Positions 1 through 10,591 of a stretch of DNA of 51,307 nt are shown piece by piece. The stretch is from assembly GCA_043803405.1 (NCBI GenBank), contig JAZDKB010000039.1:1-51307 (forward strand). Reading direction: 5' to 3'. Origin of the DNA: Spirochaetota bacterium. GTDB lineage: Bacteria; Spirochaetota; UBA4802; JAFGDQ01. The position numbers were made by a program, and so were the translations under genes. The stretch's first letter is position 1. Every line of letters starts with the position of its first letter. Under the pieces are notes generated by a model. That model did no database searches. It saw only the letters and a list, made by a program, of their open reading frames with translations, and had not been told where the DNA came from.

Positions 1-1
1 C

Positions 2-259
2 AACCTGATCTCAACTGACGACGGGTTCGCGTTTTCTCTTGGCGCGTATGTCGGGTACTACAACAACGCATATTTTGATATGAGCGGCTGGAGCGACGCG
101 GTTGCAACTGCGGGCATAAGCAAAAACTACAAGAACATCGCGTTCATATCCGGTTTCAATTACGGCAGAACGCTCGGCAAGGATTTCAGGGAATGTTCAT
201 ATAACCTTGGCAAAAAGAATCATTTCTGGGCATCATTCGGCGTAACAGCAACATTGTAG
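2..259 (+). CDS. 3' part of a probable outer-membrane beta-barrel protein (truncated by window start)
   Basis: Manually read open frame NLISTDDGFAFSLGAYVGYYN...NHFWASFGVTATL* with alternating hydrophobic/aromatic strands; followed by a terminator. Confidence 0.6.
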   Translation, partial: NLISTDDGFAFSLGAYVGYYNNAYFDMSGWSDAVATAGISKNYKNIAFISGFNYGRTLGKDFRECSYNLGKKNHFWASFGVTATL

Positions 260-302
260 AAATACCGTGGCTTGATTCCCTCATAATAGTACCCTGTTAA
301 AG

Positions 303-340
303 ATCCGGAGGAGCGATCCTCCGGATTCTTTATTTGTTTT
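303..340 (+). terminator. Rho-independent terminator
   Basis: Perfect 10-bp stem ATCCGGAGGA-gcga-TCCTCCGGAT followed by a T-rich tail. Confidence 0.75.
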
Positions 341-509
341 TAGCTCAATCTATCCGTTCGGAAGCGGGTTTTCCCTCCGGTTGAACTAAAAGGTGCGCTA
401 AGCGAAGTTAAAGCGTAAAATCCGGACAAAAGCAGGCAACTATCCGGAAATATAGAAAGCTTATGACAGGCAGCCTTTGTGGCGCTGTGAAAGGTTTGAA
501 CTCAGCATC

Positions 510-833
510 TTAAATTATATTAACACTGTTCCTAAGAATATCTGCGAGTATGCTGGCAGGATCGTGATTATTATAATCATGCCATGTTATGCATAATGGT
601 TCAATATCTAAATCGATTTCCCTGGCATAGTGAAAAAGCCCCGATGTTATTTTTATTATATCTCCGTCTTCGGGCAAATCAATTACAACGCCTACATCAA
701 TGTCACTGTCTTCACGCGCTGTGCCTGTTGCATAAGAACCGTATAACAGCACTTTTTTTACCTGATACGTATTTTTTATTCTGTTATAAAAATCAACGAT
801 TTCGTTTTTTATTATATCTGTTTCTTTAACCAT
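510..833 (-). CDS. Minimal nucleotidyltransferase (MNT), partner of the HEPN protein
   Basis: LYGSYATGTAREDSDIDV (GS..DxD) motif; 107 aa; overlaps the HEPN gene. Confidence 0.9.
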   Translation of the reverse strand: MVKETDIIKNEIVDFYNRIKNTYQVKKVLLYGSYATGTAREDSDIDVGVVIDLPEDGDIIKITSGLFHYAREIDLDIEPLCITWHDYNNHDPASILADILRNSVNII

Positions 834-1201
834 AAATATAATGCTTCCGTTCCCTTAAAAATCAGTCTGGATTTTTTTTTTGTAAGTATAGCTGTCATTC
901 TTGCGATGTCTTCATTATATCTGCTTTGTATATAGTATGAATTTAAATCCTCTATAAATTTTTTAAATTCTTCATTCATTGATCCTGAGATGGATATACT
1001 TTCAGATAGTTTTATCAGATTGTGAGTATATGGAGGCGTTTTGCCTATTTCCTTAACATAGATTGCTTTTAATATTTTTTCTACTGTCTGATGACAGGCA
1101 AAGGCAAGATACAGGTAACGTTTGCTTTTCAGCATTGCCTTTGCAGTATCAAAGTCATATACAGCAAGCTGAATCCAGTTCTGGATTGTTTTTTCATTCA
1201 T
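812..1201 (-). CDS. HEPN domain protein (HEPN-MNT toxin-antitoxin pair)
   Basis: AFACHQTVEKILKA, PPYTHNL and SRY motifs of HEPN proteins. Confidence 0.88.
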   Translation of the reverse strand: MNEKTIQNWIQLAVYDFDTAKAMLKSKRYLYLAFACHQTVEKILKAIYVKEIGKTPPYTHNLIKLSESISISGSMNEEFKKFIEDLNSYYIQSRYNEDIARMTAILTKKKSRLIFKGTEALYLWLKKQI

Positions 1202-1280
1202 AAAAAGAAAGTAATAGTAAAATTGAACCTTGTCAAGAATAATTGCCGGGCTGGATTACGGTTGAAAGCTTGCGGACAGA

Positions 1281-2804
1281 TCACCTGAATTTTTTATAAT
1301 CGATTCCCAGCCGGCTTATTTTATAGGTGAGTATTCTTTTGGTAGTGCCCAGCTGTTTAGCTGCAAGGGTTATGTTCCCCTTTGTGGCTTTAAGGTTATC
1401 TATGATGATTTCCTTAACAAACATGTCCGTCATTTCGTCAAGAGTGTCTGTGCGCTGAGAAGGCAGTTCTGCCATCTGAAGCGATGGCGGAAGATGATAG
1501 TTCCTGATGACATCTTCCTGCGACAGTATTACAGCCCTTTCAATGCAGTTCTCCAGCTCGCGGACATTTCCGGGCCAGTGATAACTGTTGAGCATGTCTA
1601 TTGCGTCACTGCTTATCCTTTTAATTTTTTTTCCCGTTTTTTTATTATATTTATCAAGGAAATAGTCAGCCAGAAGCATGATGTCGGTTTTACGCTCCCT
1701 TAAAGGCGGAACATAAATCGGAAAAACATTCAGCCTGTAATACAGGTCTGTTCTGAACTCACTGCTATTAATTTTTGCTTCCAGATCCTGGTGGGTGGCT
1801 GCTATTACGCGCACATTAAGCGGAATAGTCCTCGTGCCTCCGACGCGTTCTATTGTTTTTTCCTGAAGCACGCGCAGCAGGTGTACCTGGAGATTCGGAT
1901 TCAGGTCGCCGATCTCGTCCAGAAAGATTGTGCCCCCGTCCGCCAGTTCAAAGCGGCCTTTCTTCTGCACAAGCGCGCCTGTAAAAGCTCCCCTCTCGTG
2001 TCCGAAAAGTTCGCTTTCTATCAGGTTGTGCGAAAGCGCCGCTATATTTACCTTGATGAGCGGCTTGTCTTTGCGCCTGCTGCTCTGATGGATCGCATCT
2101 GCTACAAGCTCTTTCCCTGTGCCGCTCTCACCGGTTATGAGCACTGTGGAATCGGTCTCAGCTACAAGTATAACTTTCTCATAAACCGATTTCATTAAAT
2201 GAGAATTCCCGACTATCATTCCCGGTTTTTTATCCGCGCCAAGCTTAATTTTAAGCAGCGTGTTCTCTTCTCTTAATTCGTGTTCCCTTCGCAGAATTTC
2301 TTTTCTGTTGTTGACCGCGTGCGCTATCATGACCGAAATCATGGAAAGCATTTCGAATTCTTCGTTAAGGGGCTCGGTCTTTTTCTTTGCAAGGTCTATG
2401 GAAATAGTGCCGATCGCTTCGCCCTCGATCTTTATCGGCACGCAGATGAACGCGGTGTTTCCTCCGGCTTTGCCGCTCCGCGCGCCTGTGCGGTTAAGGA
2501 AGCGCGGCTCGTCCAGTATCGAGGGCACTATTACCGGCTCTCCGCTCGCGATTACCGATCCCGTTATGCCCTCGCCGGATTTGTATATGCCTTTCGCGGC
2601 CTGGTCTTCCGAGTACCCGTATGATACATCCGCGAACAGCTCGTCCTCTTCCTGCTTGTAAATATTTATCATTCCTCTTTCCACAGGAAAATAGCGCGCG
2701 AGTGTTTTCAATACGTCGTTCAAAAGAGCGTTCATATCCCCGGACATGAACGCCCTGCCTATCTCGCTTATGAATTCCGTGTGTTTGCTCTTAAAGGTGT
2801 CCAT
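1281..2804 (-). CDS. GAF - sigma54 AAA+ - Fis-HTH transcriptional activator (NifA-like architecture)
   Basis: GESGTGKE, ESELFGHERGAFTGA, FLDEIGD, WPGNVRELEN; N-terminal GAF; C-terminal HTH. Confidence 0.93.
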   Translation of the reverse strand: MDTFKSKHTEFISEIGRAFMSGDMNALLNDVLKTLARYFPVERGMINIYKQEEDELFADVSYGYSEDQAAKGIYKSGEGITGSVIASGEPVIVPSILDEPRFLNRTGARSGKAGGNTAFICVPIKIEGEAIGTISIDLAKKKTEPLNEEFEMLSMISVMIAHAVNNRKEILRREHELREENTLLKIKLGADKKPGMIVGNSHLMKSVYEKVILVAETDSTVLITGESGTGKELVADAIHQSSRRKDKPLIKVNIAALSHNLIESELFGHERGAFTGALVQKKGRFELADGGTIFLDEIGDLNPNLQVHLLRVLQEKTIERVGGTRTIPLNVRVIAATHQDLEAKINSSEFRTDLYYRLNVFPIYVPPLRERKTDIMLLADYFLDKYNKKTGKKIKRISSDAIDMLNSYHWPGNVRELENCIERAVILSQEDVIRNYHLPPSLQMAELPSQRTDTLDEMTDMFVKEIIIDNLKATKGNITLAAKQLGTTKRILTYKISRLGIDYKKFR

Positions 2805-2985
2805 AAATATAAGTTGTAATTATCAGGTATTTATACAAACAATATAAACAATTATCTTGATGACCATATTAAAAGATAAAGATAAATATACTTTATTCGC
2901 CGGCAAATCTATTTATTTTACATATTTGTAATTAATCAGATTAGTATATAAAGAAAGAATGATTTATAGCAGGAATGTTATAATG

Positions 2986-3058
2986 CTGCCCGACCAGGAC
3001 TTGAACCTGGAGACTTCTGATCCAGAGTCAGACGTGTTACCAATTACACCATCGGGCA
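2986..3058 (-). tRNA. tRNA-Gln, anticodon CTG; CCA not encoded
   Basis: 73-nt cloverleaf TGCCCGA...TCGGGCA-G; anticodon arm TCTGA-CTCTGGA-TCAGA; T arm CCAGG-TTCAAGT-CCTGG. Confidence 0.97.
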
Positions 3059-3069
3059 GTAATATTGGT

Positions 3070-3099
3070 ATTATCAAATGCAGGCTTGTTATTTGTCAA
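3070..3099 (-). promoter_or_regulatory. sigma70-type promoter of tRNA-Gln
   Basis: TTGACA-18nt-GATAAT on the minus strand just upstream of the tRNA. Confidence 0.55.
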
Positions 3100-3142
3100 G
3101 AAAAAAGAAAGACATATTCAAGGATAATACGTAATTATTATA

Positions 3143-3170
3143 TTGACATCCTGAAGATTATTTGTATAAT
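3143..3170 (+). promoter_or_regulatory. sigma70-type promoter of the helicase gene
   Basis: TTGACA-16nt-TATAAT. Confidence 0.65.
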
Positions 3171-3224
3171 GCCCATTTCAAAACACTTAACCGCTAAGAA
3201 AATAATTCATTAAAAATATTAATT

Positions 3225-4904
3225 ATGACCAAACCCTTAATTATACAAAGCGACAATACACTGCTTCTTGAAGTGAATAATCCCGAGTTTGAGAATGCAA
3301 GGGATTCTGTTTCTCCGTTTGCCGAGCTTGAGAAAAGTCCTGAGCACATACACACGTACAGAATATCCGCGCTGTCGCTGTGGAACGCTGCAGCAGCAGG
3401 CCTTGAGACGAAAAAAATAGTCGATACGCTTCATAAATTCTCCCGTTATGAGATTCCAGCGAGCGTCATCACAACTATAAAAGAGCAGATGAAAAGATAC
3501 GGGCTTCTAAAGCTCGTTCTGGAAGACGGCGAACTGCGCCTTGTATCCAGGGACACCATATTAATAAACGAGCTGGTTCACGACAGGAAAATGGAGCCTT
3601 TTATAGTGAGACGCGTGGACGACATGACGCTCCATGTCAAAGCGAACCTGCGCGGCCATATAAAACAGGCGCTTATTAAAAAGGGCTTCCCTGTTGAAGA
3701 CCTGGCCGGATACGAGGATGGCGACCCGTGCGATATTAAAATGCGCACACAAATGCTGGCTAACAATCTGGCATTTGATATACGCGATTACCAGGGCAGC
3801 GCTATTGACGCGTTTTACAGGGGCGGAGGCAAAGAAGGCGGGAGCGGAGTGATAGTGCTTCCGTGCGGAGCAGGCAAAACAATTGTGGGCATTGGGATAA
3901 TGGCCATGCTGAAAACACAGACCCTTATACTTGTCACAAACACTGTCGCGCTGCGGCAGTGGAAGGAAGAGCTTATCGATAAAACATATCTTGACACTGA
4001 AACGATAGGCGAGTTTTCCGGATCAAAAAAAGAAATCAAGCCGGTCACAATAGCGACATACAATATCCTCACATACAGAAAAAATAAAAAGGAAGATTTC
4101 ATTCACTTCGGCCTTTTCAGCTCCAAGAACTGGGGACTGATAATATATGATGAAGTTCATCTTCTGCCTGCACCTGTGTTCAGGATGACGTCCGAGATAC
4201 AGTCAAAGAGGCGCCTTGGACTTACTGCTACTCTCATAAGAGAAGACGGGATGGAGACCGACGTATTCAGCCTTATCGGGCCTAAGAAGTACGACATCCC
4301 ATGGAAGACGCTGGAAAAATCGTGCTGGATCGCAACGGCGCTTTGCACGGAGATAAGAGTAGCCCTGGACGAAGACACAAGATTCCGCTATTCCATTGCA
4401 AAGGAAAGGGAGAAGTTCAGGATGGCTTCCGAGAACGAACGAAAATTCGCGATAGTTAAAAGGATAATCGACTTCCACAATGAAGCCAGCATTTTAGTAA
4501 TAGGGCAGTACCTTGACCAGTTAAAGGCTTTAAACGATATCTTTAAGTTTCCGATCATAACAGGCAGCACGCCTGTGTCCGAGCGCGAGGAACTGTACGC
4601 GAAATTCAGGAGGGGGGAGGTAAAGAGGCTCGTTGTATCCAAAGTAGCTAACTTTTCAGTGGATCTTCCTGACGCGAACGTGGCAATACAGATTTCCGGT
4701 ACGTTCGGCTCGCGCCAGGAAGAAGCTCAAAGGCTTGGAAGGATACTGCGTCCCAAGACAGGCGAGAATACGGCTTTCTTCTATACTGTCATTACTTCAA
4801 ATTCGGTTGAAGAGAGATTCGCGCAGAACAGGCATCTTTTCCTGACCGAAGAAGGATACGACTATACTATCCTGAACGAAGAGATGTTTTACGAAAGATT
4901 TTGA
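3225..4904 (+). CDS. XPB/Ssl2/Rad25-family DNA repair helicase
   Basis: N-terminal PLIIQSDNTLLLEV/FAELEKSPEHIHTY domain; LPCGAGKT, DEVH, LGLTAT, QEEAQRLGRILR. Confidence 0.95.
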   Translation: MTKPLIIQSDNTLLLEVNNPEFENARDSVSPFAELEKSPEHIHTYRISALSLWNAAAAGLETKKIVDTLHKFSRYEIPASVITTIKEQMKRYGLLKLVLEDGELRLVSRDTILINELVHDRKMEPFIVRRVDDMTLHVKANLRGHIKQALIKKGFPVEDLAGYEDGDPCDIKMRTQMLANNLAFDIRDYQGSAIDAFYRGGGKEGGSGVIVLPCGAGKTIVGIGIMAMLKTQTLILVTNTVALRQWKEELIDKTYLDTETIGEFSGSKKEIKPVTIATYNILTYRKNKKEDFIHFGLFSSKNWGLIIYDEVHLLPAPVFRMTSEIQSKRRLGLTATLIREDGMETDVFSLIGPKKYDIPWKTLEKSCWIATALCTEIRVALDEDTRFRYSIAKEREKFRMASENERKFAIVKRIIDFHNEASILVIGQYLDQLKALNDIFKFPIITGSTPVSEREELYAKFRRGEVKRLVVSKVANFSVDLPDANVAIQISGTFGSRQEEAQRLGRILRPKTGENTAFFYTVITSNSVEERFAQNRHLFLTEEGYDYTILNEEMFYERF

Positions 4905-4943
4905 CCTCACCCCCAGCCCCTCTCCTGAAACAGGAGAGGGGGG
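4905..4943. repeat. REP-like extragenic palindrome
   Basis: CCTCACCCCCAG then CCCCTCTCCTG-aaa-CAGGAGAGGGG directly after the stop codon. Confidence 0.55.
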
Positions 4944-5062
4944 ATATTATGCTTTTCTCTTTTAGTAGAAATCCCGGGCAGAAGTTTCTTACTGGATCAA
5001 GGTGGGATGGCATTTCGAATAGTCCTTATAAAATATACTAACCTTACTCCTAATTTAATTTT

Positions 5063-7024
5063 ATGAAATCATTAAACAAACTTCTTTCATCAATGACTAT
5101 AATTCTTTCCTTCTTTCTTTGCTGTCAAACGCTGTTACATTCCGAAAATTATAAGCTAGTACTACTGACATCAGACAGGGGAGTGCTTGTCTCGGATGAC
5201 AGCGGAAGAAGCTGGGACGACCTTAACAGGGGATTGCCGCAGGGTATTATTCCGGATAGGATTCAGGGCGACCGGCTGGGAAATCTTTACATGGCAACAG
5301 CCTCTTCCGGAGTATTTTACCTGGAAACAGGCAAATCCGGATGGAAGGACATCAGCTCGGATTTATTATTATCGCCGCTATATAATTTAAAAGAAAAAAA
5401 ATACAGGAAGATATCTGCCATTGCTGTAAGTAAAGACGGAAGCACGGTTATTCTTGCGACAAAGCACGGCATATTCCGCAAAGATAAAGGGAAGCAGTGG
5501 ACGCATCTTCCTGGATATACGTCCGATAAATATTATACCGCTCTGGCTGCTTCCGGGGACGCAGTTTACGCAGGGACATCCTGCGACGGCCTGTTCAGAA
5601 TAAGTGGCCAGCGTGCGCACAATATCTCTTCCAACCTTCCCAGGGAGCAGTACTCGAAAACTCATTTCTTCCGTGAGGAAATTTCCGCGATCGAGCCCGG
5701 TGAAAAGAACGCAGAAACTGTGTACGCAGGCTTCGGTTTCGGCGGAGGAGTCTACGCGTCCTGTAATAGCGGAGCATCGTGGAAGTCTCTCGGATTTCCT
5801 GGGCAAAAGGATGCGCTTTACGATGTGTTCGACATTAAGGCAAGCGGCGATGAACTTTTTGTATCCGCGGAAGGCGGCGTATACAAATTCGCCCGTGATC
5901 ATAAATGGCTGGCTTTGCCGTTCGGCGATTTGCTTAAAAAGCTGTCTTTAAAAAAAGGAAACCTGTCAGTACTGATAACGGAAAAATCGAAGAATTATCC
6001 TTCCATATTTTATTGCTTAAACCGTTACCGAAAAGATACCGGCGCTCTGGCGGAAAAAGCGCGCGGTAAAAGAGCGCTTTATACGAACGCTTATTCGGTA
6101 AATAAAAAGCTGCACCAATACATCAGCACAATAAAGAAGTGCGGGCTTAACGCTATAGTGATCGATGTGAAGGACGACTGGGGCGATGTATGTTATTCTT
6201 CGGAAAACAAAACTGCGATCGGGATAGGCGCTGTGAAGAAATATTTTGATGCAAAGAAAACACTGGAAACATTAAAGAAAAACGGGATATACTCGATAGC
6301 AAGAATTGTTGTGTTTAAAGACAAGCGTCTGTACGAAGCATATAATTCAAAATACGCGATATGGGACAGCAAAAATAATGCTCCATGGAAAGGAAATCCG
6401 CGCGAGTACTGGAACGATCCGTATTCCGGATTTGTGAGAAATTACAATATCGAGATCGCAGCAGAAGCTGAGCGTTTAGGATTCGATGAAATCCAGTTCG
6501 ATTATATTCGTTTTCCCTCGGATGGCCCTGTCGATCGCTGCCATTACAGATTTAAAGAGAATAAGGACATATACAAACCGGAAATACTTGCGTGTTTTCT
6601 TGAGGAAGCAAAAAAGAAAACCGGCGTTCCTGTTTCAGTCGATATTTACGGCTTTAACATGTGGTTCCGGTTGGGGAATGATATTGGGCAGGATGCCGAA
6701 GCTTTTTCAGAAATTGCGGATGCAGTGTGCCCAATGGTTTACCCGTCTCATTATGGCAGAAGCTTTTTTACGGACACGCCGGTTGAAAAGCGGCCTTACG
6801 GCATTGTGCTTGCAAGCGTAAGAAGAGCCCGGAAGATCACAGGTAATGCTCTTGTGCGTCCATATCTGCAGGCTTTTAATCTGCTATCGCCTACGTGGGG
6901 GCCGGAGTACATTAATAGCCAGGTTAAAGCATCTATGGCAGCCGGGGGTGACGGATACACTTTCTGGAATGCGGGCGGAAATTACGACATGGTTATAAAA
7001 GCGGCAGAGGGCGGAAGCAAATAA
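5063..7024 (+). CDS. Exported protein: N-terminal beta-propeller plus C-terminal putative glycoside hydrolase (DUF4015-like)
   Basis: Signal-like N-terminus; SDDSGRSW/SCNSGASW Asp-box repeats; NAIVIDVKDD, GFDEIQFDYIRFP, CPMVYPSHY. Confidence 0.8.
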   Translation: MKSLNKLLSSMTIILSFFLCCQTLLHSENYKLVLLTSDRGVLVSDDSGRSWDDLNRGLPQGIIPDRIQGDRLGNLYMATASSGVFYLETGKSGWKDISSDLLLSPLYNLKEKKYRKISAIAVSKDGSTVILATKHGIFRKDKGKQWTHLPGYTSDKYYTALAASGDAVYAGTSCDGLFRISGQRAHNISSNLPREQYSKTHFFREEISAIEPGEKNAETVYAGFGFGGGVYASCNSGASWKSLGFPGQKDALYDVFDIKASGDELFVSAEGGVYKFARDHKWLALPFGDLLKKLSLKKGNLSVLITEKSKNYPSIFYCLNRYRKDTGALAEKARGKRALYTNAYSVNKKLHQYISTIKKCGLNAIVIDVKDDWGDVCYSSENKTAIGIGAVKKYFDAKKTLETLKKNGIYSIARIVVFKDKRLYEAYNSKYAIWDSKNNAPWKGNPREYWNDPYSGFVRNYNIEIAAEAERLGFDEIQFDYIRFPSDGPVDRCHYRFKENKDIYKPEILACFLEEAKKKTGVPVSVDIYGFNMWFRLGNDIGQDAEAFSEIADAVCPMVYPSHYGRSFFTDTPVEKRPYGIVLASVRRARKITGNALVRPYLQAFNLLSPTWGPEYINSQVKASMAAGGDGYTFWNAGGNYDMVIKAAEGGSK

Positions 7025-7030
7025 ACACAC

Positions 7031-8257
7031 TTAAGCTTCGGGATATTTATGCCTTATCGACTCAATATACTCTATTGAATTAAAAAAAACATCAACAATT
7101 TCCGGATCGAACTTTTTACCGGAAAGGCACCTTATCTCATTTTTAACTTTTTCGTATCCCCATGCTTCTTTGTACACTCTTTTGGAGGACAGCGCGTCGT
7201 ATACGTCGGCAATAGAAACAATCCTTCCGAAGACTGGAATCTCATCTCCTTTTAACGGAGCCGGTTTTCCATGAGCATCTTTTTCAAGCGCCTGGCCTGT
7301 ATTTATGTCGATGCGTCCGGGATAACCGGTGCCGTCCCAGTTTTCGTGGTGAGTGAGCGCAATGTCTGCGGCTGCTTTGTCAAGCTCGGATTGTATGTCT
7401 CCCAGAAGCTTTGCACCCTGGACAGTATGGGTTTTCATTATCTCGTATTCTTCATCGGTCAGCTTCCCCTGTTTTTTAAGAATCAAATCCGAGATTGCTA
7501 CCTTCCCTACATCGTGCAGCATTGCAGCCATTCTGAGGGTATCCCTGTTTCTGTCGATTTCTTCTTTAGGGATTTTTTTCTGTATGGCCCAGCGTTCGTA
7601 CAGTTCAACAGCGTACGAGGCAACGCGGTTTACATGCGGGCCTGTCTCTTTCGGGTCCCTGAGCTCTGCCATGCTGATCATCCGCAGCAGAAGTGTGCGC
7701 GTCATTTGCGCCCTTTGCAGCACTATGCTTGCAGTGTTTGCAAAATGCAGTACATACGGGTTATCTTTTACGGAGAACGGGATTATATTGTTTTTATCGT
7801 CCTTTGCGTTTATCATCTGGAGAACGCCGATGATTTTTCCCAGGTTGTTTTTCATTGGCACAGTAAGCAGGGATACGGTTTTATAATTGGACACTTTATC
7901 ATAACTGGGATCAAAATGGTATGGAGCGGTTTTTTTAATTGAGTATACGTCCGGAATATTAAGCATTTCGCCTGTGCTGGCGACATAACCGGAAACGGAG
8001 CCCATGTTTATCCTGACCCGGAAAGATGTATAGGGAAGCTTCTGCCCGTACGGCAGCTCCTTTTGCTTTGTGTCGTTCTGAGCATGGCTGAAGACAAGAT
8101 AATCGTTTGTGCAGATATAGATTGATCCAGCATCAGCATTAACGACCTTTCGCGCTTCCAGCAATATCCGTTCAAGCAGCATATCAAAGTCCTGAATGCT
8201 GTTGAGTTCCGAACTCAGCCGGATGATTTCATTCAAACGTTCTGTTTCGCTCTGCAT
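7031..8257 (-). CDS. GAF + HD-GYP cyclic-dinucleotide phosphodiesterase
   Basis: HDVGK, HHENWDGTGYP, ADVYDALSSKRVYK; N-terminal GAF; ATG at 8257 preferred over the upstream TTG. Confidence 0.9.
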   Translation of the reverse strand: MQSETERLNEIIRLSSELNSIQDFDMLLERILLEARKVVNADAGSIYICTNDYLVFSHAQNDTKQKELPYGQKLPYTSFRVRINMGSVSGYVASTGEMLNIPDVYSIKKTAPYHFDPSYDKVSNYKTVSLLTVPMKNNLGKIIGVLQMINAKDDKNNIIPFSVKDNPYVLHFANTASIVLQRAQMTRTLLLRMISMAELRDPKETGPHVNRVASYAVELYERWAIQKKIPKEEIDRNRDTLRMAAMLHDVGKVAISDLILKKQGKLTDEEYEIMKTHTVQGAKLLGDIQSELDKAAADIALTHHENWDGTGYPGRIDINTGQALEKDAHGKPAPLKGDEIPVFGRIVSIADVYDALSSKRVYKEAWGYEKVKNEIRCLSGKKFDPEIVDVFFNSIEYIESIRHKYPEA

Positions 8258-8394
8258 ATATATTTTATAGAGTATATTTATCAATAAGTCAAAAGGAAAA
8301 TAAATTTTGTGATGTAATTATCGGATTAGTTTTTTTAATTCGTTAATATAAAAACAGACTGGAAGGATGCTGGAAATGAGTTAGAGTGCATAGC

Positions 8395-9357
8395 TTACTC
8401 AATATATTCCACTTTGTTTTTTCCCGATTCTTTTGCTTTGTACAGCGAAGCGTCCGCTTTTTCCCTGAATGCTTCGATTTCGGTTGCAGTATCAGGAAAA
8501 ACGCTGATGCCTATGCTTATTGTGGCGGCGATTTTTTTACCCGGTAAATCTTTCGTGAAGTCCCGCGCTTCAACATTACGCCGTATATGTTCCGCAATTA
8601 TGTAAGCTTTTCCCAGGTCGGTCTCGGGCAGAAGCACCGAATACTCATCTCCTCCGTACCTGGCAATTATTCCGTGCTTGCTTATTTTTTCCTTAATCAG
8701 GTTGACCATCTCGATCAGAATTTTATTTCCGGCATCGATTCCGTATGCTTCGTTAATTTTGCTGAAATTATCCATATCAAGCATAAAAAGGGACAGGGGC
8801 TTGTTGTTGCTTTTCGAAATATGGAAAAAATTCTCAATTGCGTCCTCAAGGAACTCCCTGTTATAAAGGCCGGTAAGTTCGTCGGTAATTACACGCCGGC
8901 TCGCGGTCTCGCCCCACTGAACAACATGAGCAAGGAATTTGTTTGTGTTGCTTAATTTCTGTATTGTACTGCTTAAAAGCTGAGAAATAAGTTTAACCGC
9001 GATCTCCGGATTAGTTTCAATAAGCGATACGACGTTCTTTTCCGGAATAACAAAAAGGTCGCTCTTCTCCATTGCGATAAAAGTATTAAAAAGAGGAGTA
9101 TATCCGAAGAGGGATAATTCACCGAAAAAATCACCGGTAATGTATTCAATGCTTTTTTTATTAATATTGCCCGGAAGATGCAATGTGCCGGTTATTTTCC
9201 CGTCCAGAACTATAATGATTTCTTTTTTTAGATTATTATTGTCCGAAACGATCTCATCTTTATTGCCGATTTTATGAGTAAAATATTTCTCAATAATGTT
9301 TAACTCATTATCAGTGAATTCGGTGAAGATTTTTAATTTTTTTAATTGTTCTTTCAT
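8395..9357 (-). CDS. cNMP-binding + GGDEF diguanylate cyclase (GGDEY)
   Basis: GDFFGELSL cNMP motif; DELTGLYNR, DMDNFSKINE, ARYGGDEY. Confidence 0.9.
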   Translation of the reverse strand: MKEQLKKLKIFTEFTDNELNIIEKYFTHKIGNKDEIVSDNNNLKKEIIIVLDGKITGTLHLPGNINKKSIEYITGDFFGELSLFGYTPLFNTFIAMEKSDLFVIPEKNVVSLIETNPEIAVKLISQLLSSTIQKLSNTNKFLAHVVQWGETASRRVITDELTGLYNREFLEDAIENFFHISKSNNKPLSLFMLDMDNFSKINEAYGIDAGNKILIEMVNLIKEKISKHGIIARYGGDEYSVLLPETDLGKAYIIAEHIRRNVEARDFTKDLPGKKIAATISIGISVFPDTATEIEAFREKADASLYKAKESGKNKVEYIE

Positions 9358-9417
9358 CTTTAAATTAGAAAAATAAATTAACCGCTTTAATTATTGGACC
9401 GGGCATTTTGCGGCATT

Positions 9418-10386
9418 TTATATCGTTATTCGGTTCCCGCCTGCCTCGCGCGCGCGGAACATTTTTTTATGTGCTGTCTCAACAAGTTCGCCGCTGCTGG
9501 CGGAATCATCAGGATACAAAGCAATTCCTATACTGACCAGTATTTTATCGTTTTTGGAAATTTTGTAATCTGAAAGATCCATTGATTTAAATGCTTTGCT
9601 GATATCTTTTGCCCGGCTAATTGCGTTGTCTTTGTCTGTATCCAGAAGGATAGCTGCAAACTCATCTCCCTTGTATCTTATCCCTATATCATATTCCTTT
9701 AGTTCGGACTGGAGAAAAATAGCCATAAGGTTCAGGACATTATCCCCTGCTTCGTGCCCGTATTTGTCATTAATGGTTTTAAAATTATCCGGTTTAATCA
9801 TAACAAGGGCAGCGCTTTTTTCCAGGTTGGGAAGCATGTTGACAAAATCTTCCTTAAGATAAGTCTGATTATAAAGACCTGTCATTTTATCCCGCAGCAA
9901 TTGTTTATGCAGGTCCTGAAGCCAGTGGCTTTTATCCTGGATCAGCTTATTCACGTTCCACATCCTTTCGGAAATAATTCCTAAAAGCCTGTAAAGCATT
10001 CGCGCAGATATAAATGAATGTTTAAGGAAAATTTCTTCAGATTTGTATTTTCTCGCCGGGAAACGAAGCAGAACGGAATCCTCTTCCACAAGCGCTGTTG
10101 CGTTTCTTCCGATCCTGCCGAAAAAATCCAGTTCCCCGAAAGATTCTTTTGCGATGATTTGCGCAATTATAACATCGTTTTCATTCTCAACGCTAATTAT
10201 GCCTATGCGTCCTTCATCGACAACATACAGCTCCTCTGCTTCGGAATTATTGCTGAAAATAATGTGGCCTTTAGGGAAACTTATAAGTTCGCTGTACTGG
10301 GCAATAATATCAAGTTCGTATTCCCGCAGCTGCGAAAATATGTCGATTTTTCTTAAAAGTTCTACTTTTGACTCGTGCGCTGCCAT
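9418..10386 (-). CDS. cNMP-binding + GGDEF-domain protein with degenerate active site (KGDEF)
   Basis: ESFGELDF...RNATA cNMP motif; DKMTGLYNQ, KPDNFKTIND, RYKGDEF. Confidence 0.88.
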   Translation of the reverse strand: MAAHESKVELLRKIDIFSQLREYELDIIAQYSELISFPKGHIIFSNNSEAEELYVVDEGRIGIISVENENDVIIAQIIAKESFGELDFFGRIGRNATALVEEDSVLLRFPARKYKSEEIFLKHSFISARMLYRLLGIISERMWNVNKLIQDKSHWLQDLHKQLLRDKMTGLYNQTYLKEDFVNMLPNLEKSAALVMIKPDNFKTINDKYGHEAGDNVLNLMAIFLQSELKEYDIGIRYKGDEFAAILLDTDKDNAISRAKDISKAFKSMDLSDYKISKNDKILVSIGIALYPDDSASSGELVETAHKKMFRAREAGGNRITI

Positions 10387-10591
10387 AATGGTGATGTTTT
10401 ACGCGGTTTATTTTTTTAGATTAGAATCACAACATAAACTCTATAACTTTTAGGATTTGATTTGCGCGGAATGTCAATTGCTTTTTTATATATAAATTCC
10501 CCTTGCTTTTTTCAAAGTGTTTTGTAGAATATCCCGTTGCACATCAACTATTGTTAAATTATGTAATTTATTAAGGATATATATCATTAAT

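Noticed and set aside
385..500. Cobalamin-riboswitch-like start (AAAGGTGC...GTTAAAG)
   Set aside because: Lacks the GGGAA and GCxACTG cores, and no same-strand gene follows
2959..3213. 84-aa ORF
   Set aside because: Antisense to tRNA-Gln and spans two promoters
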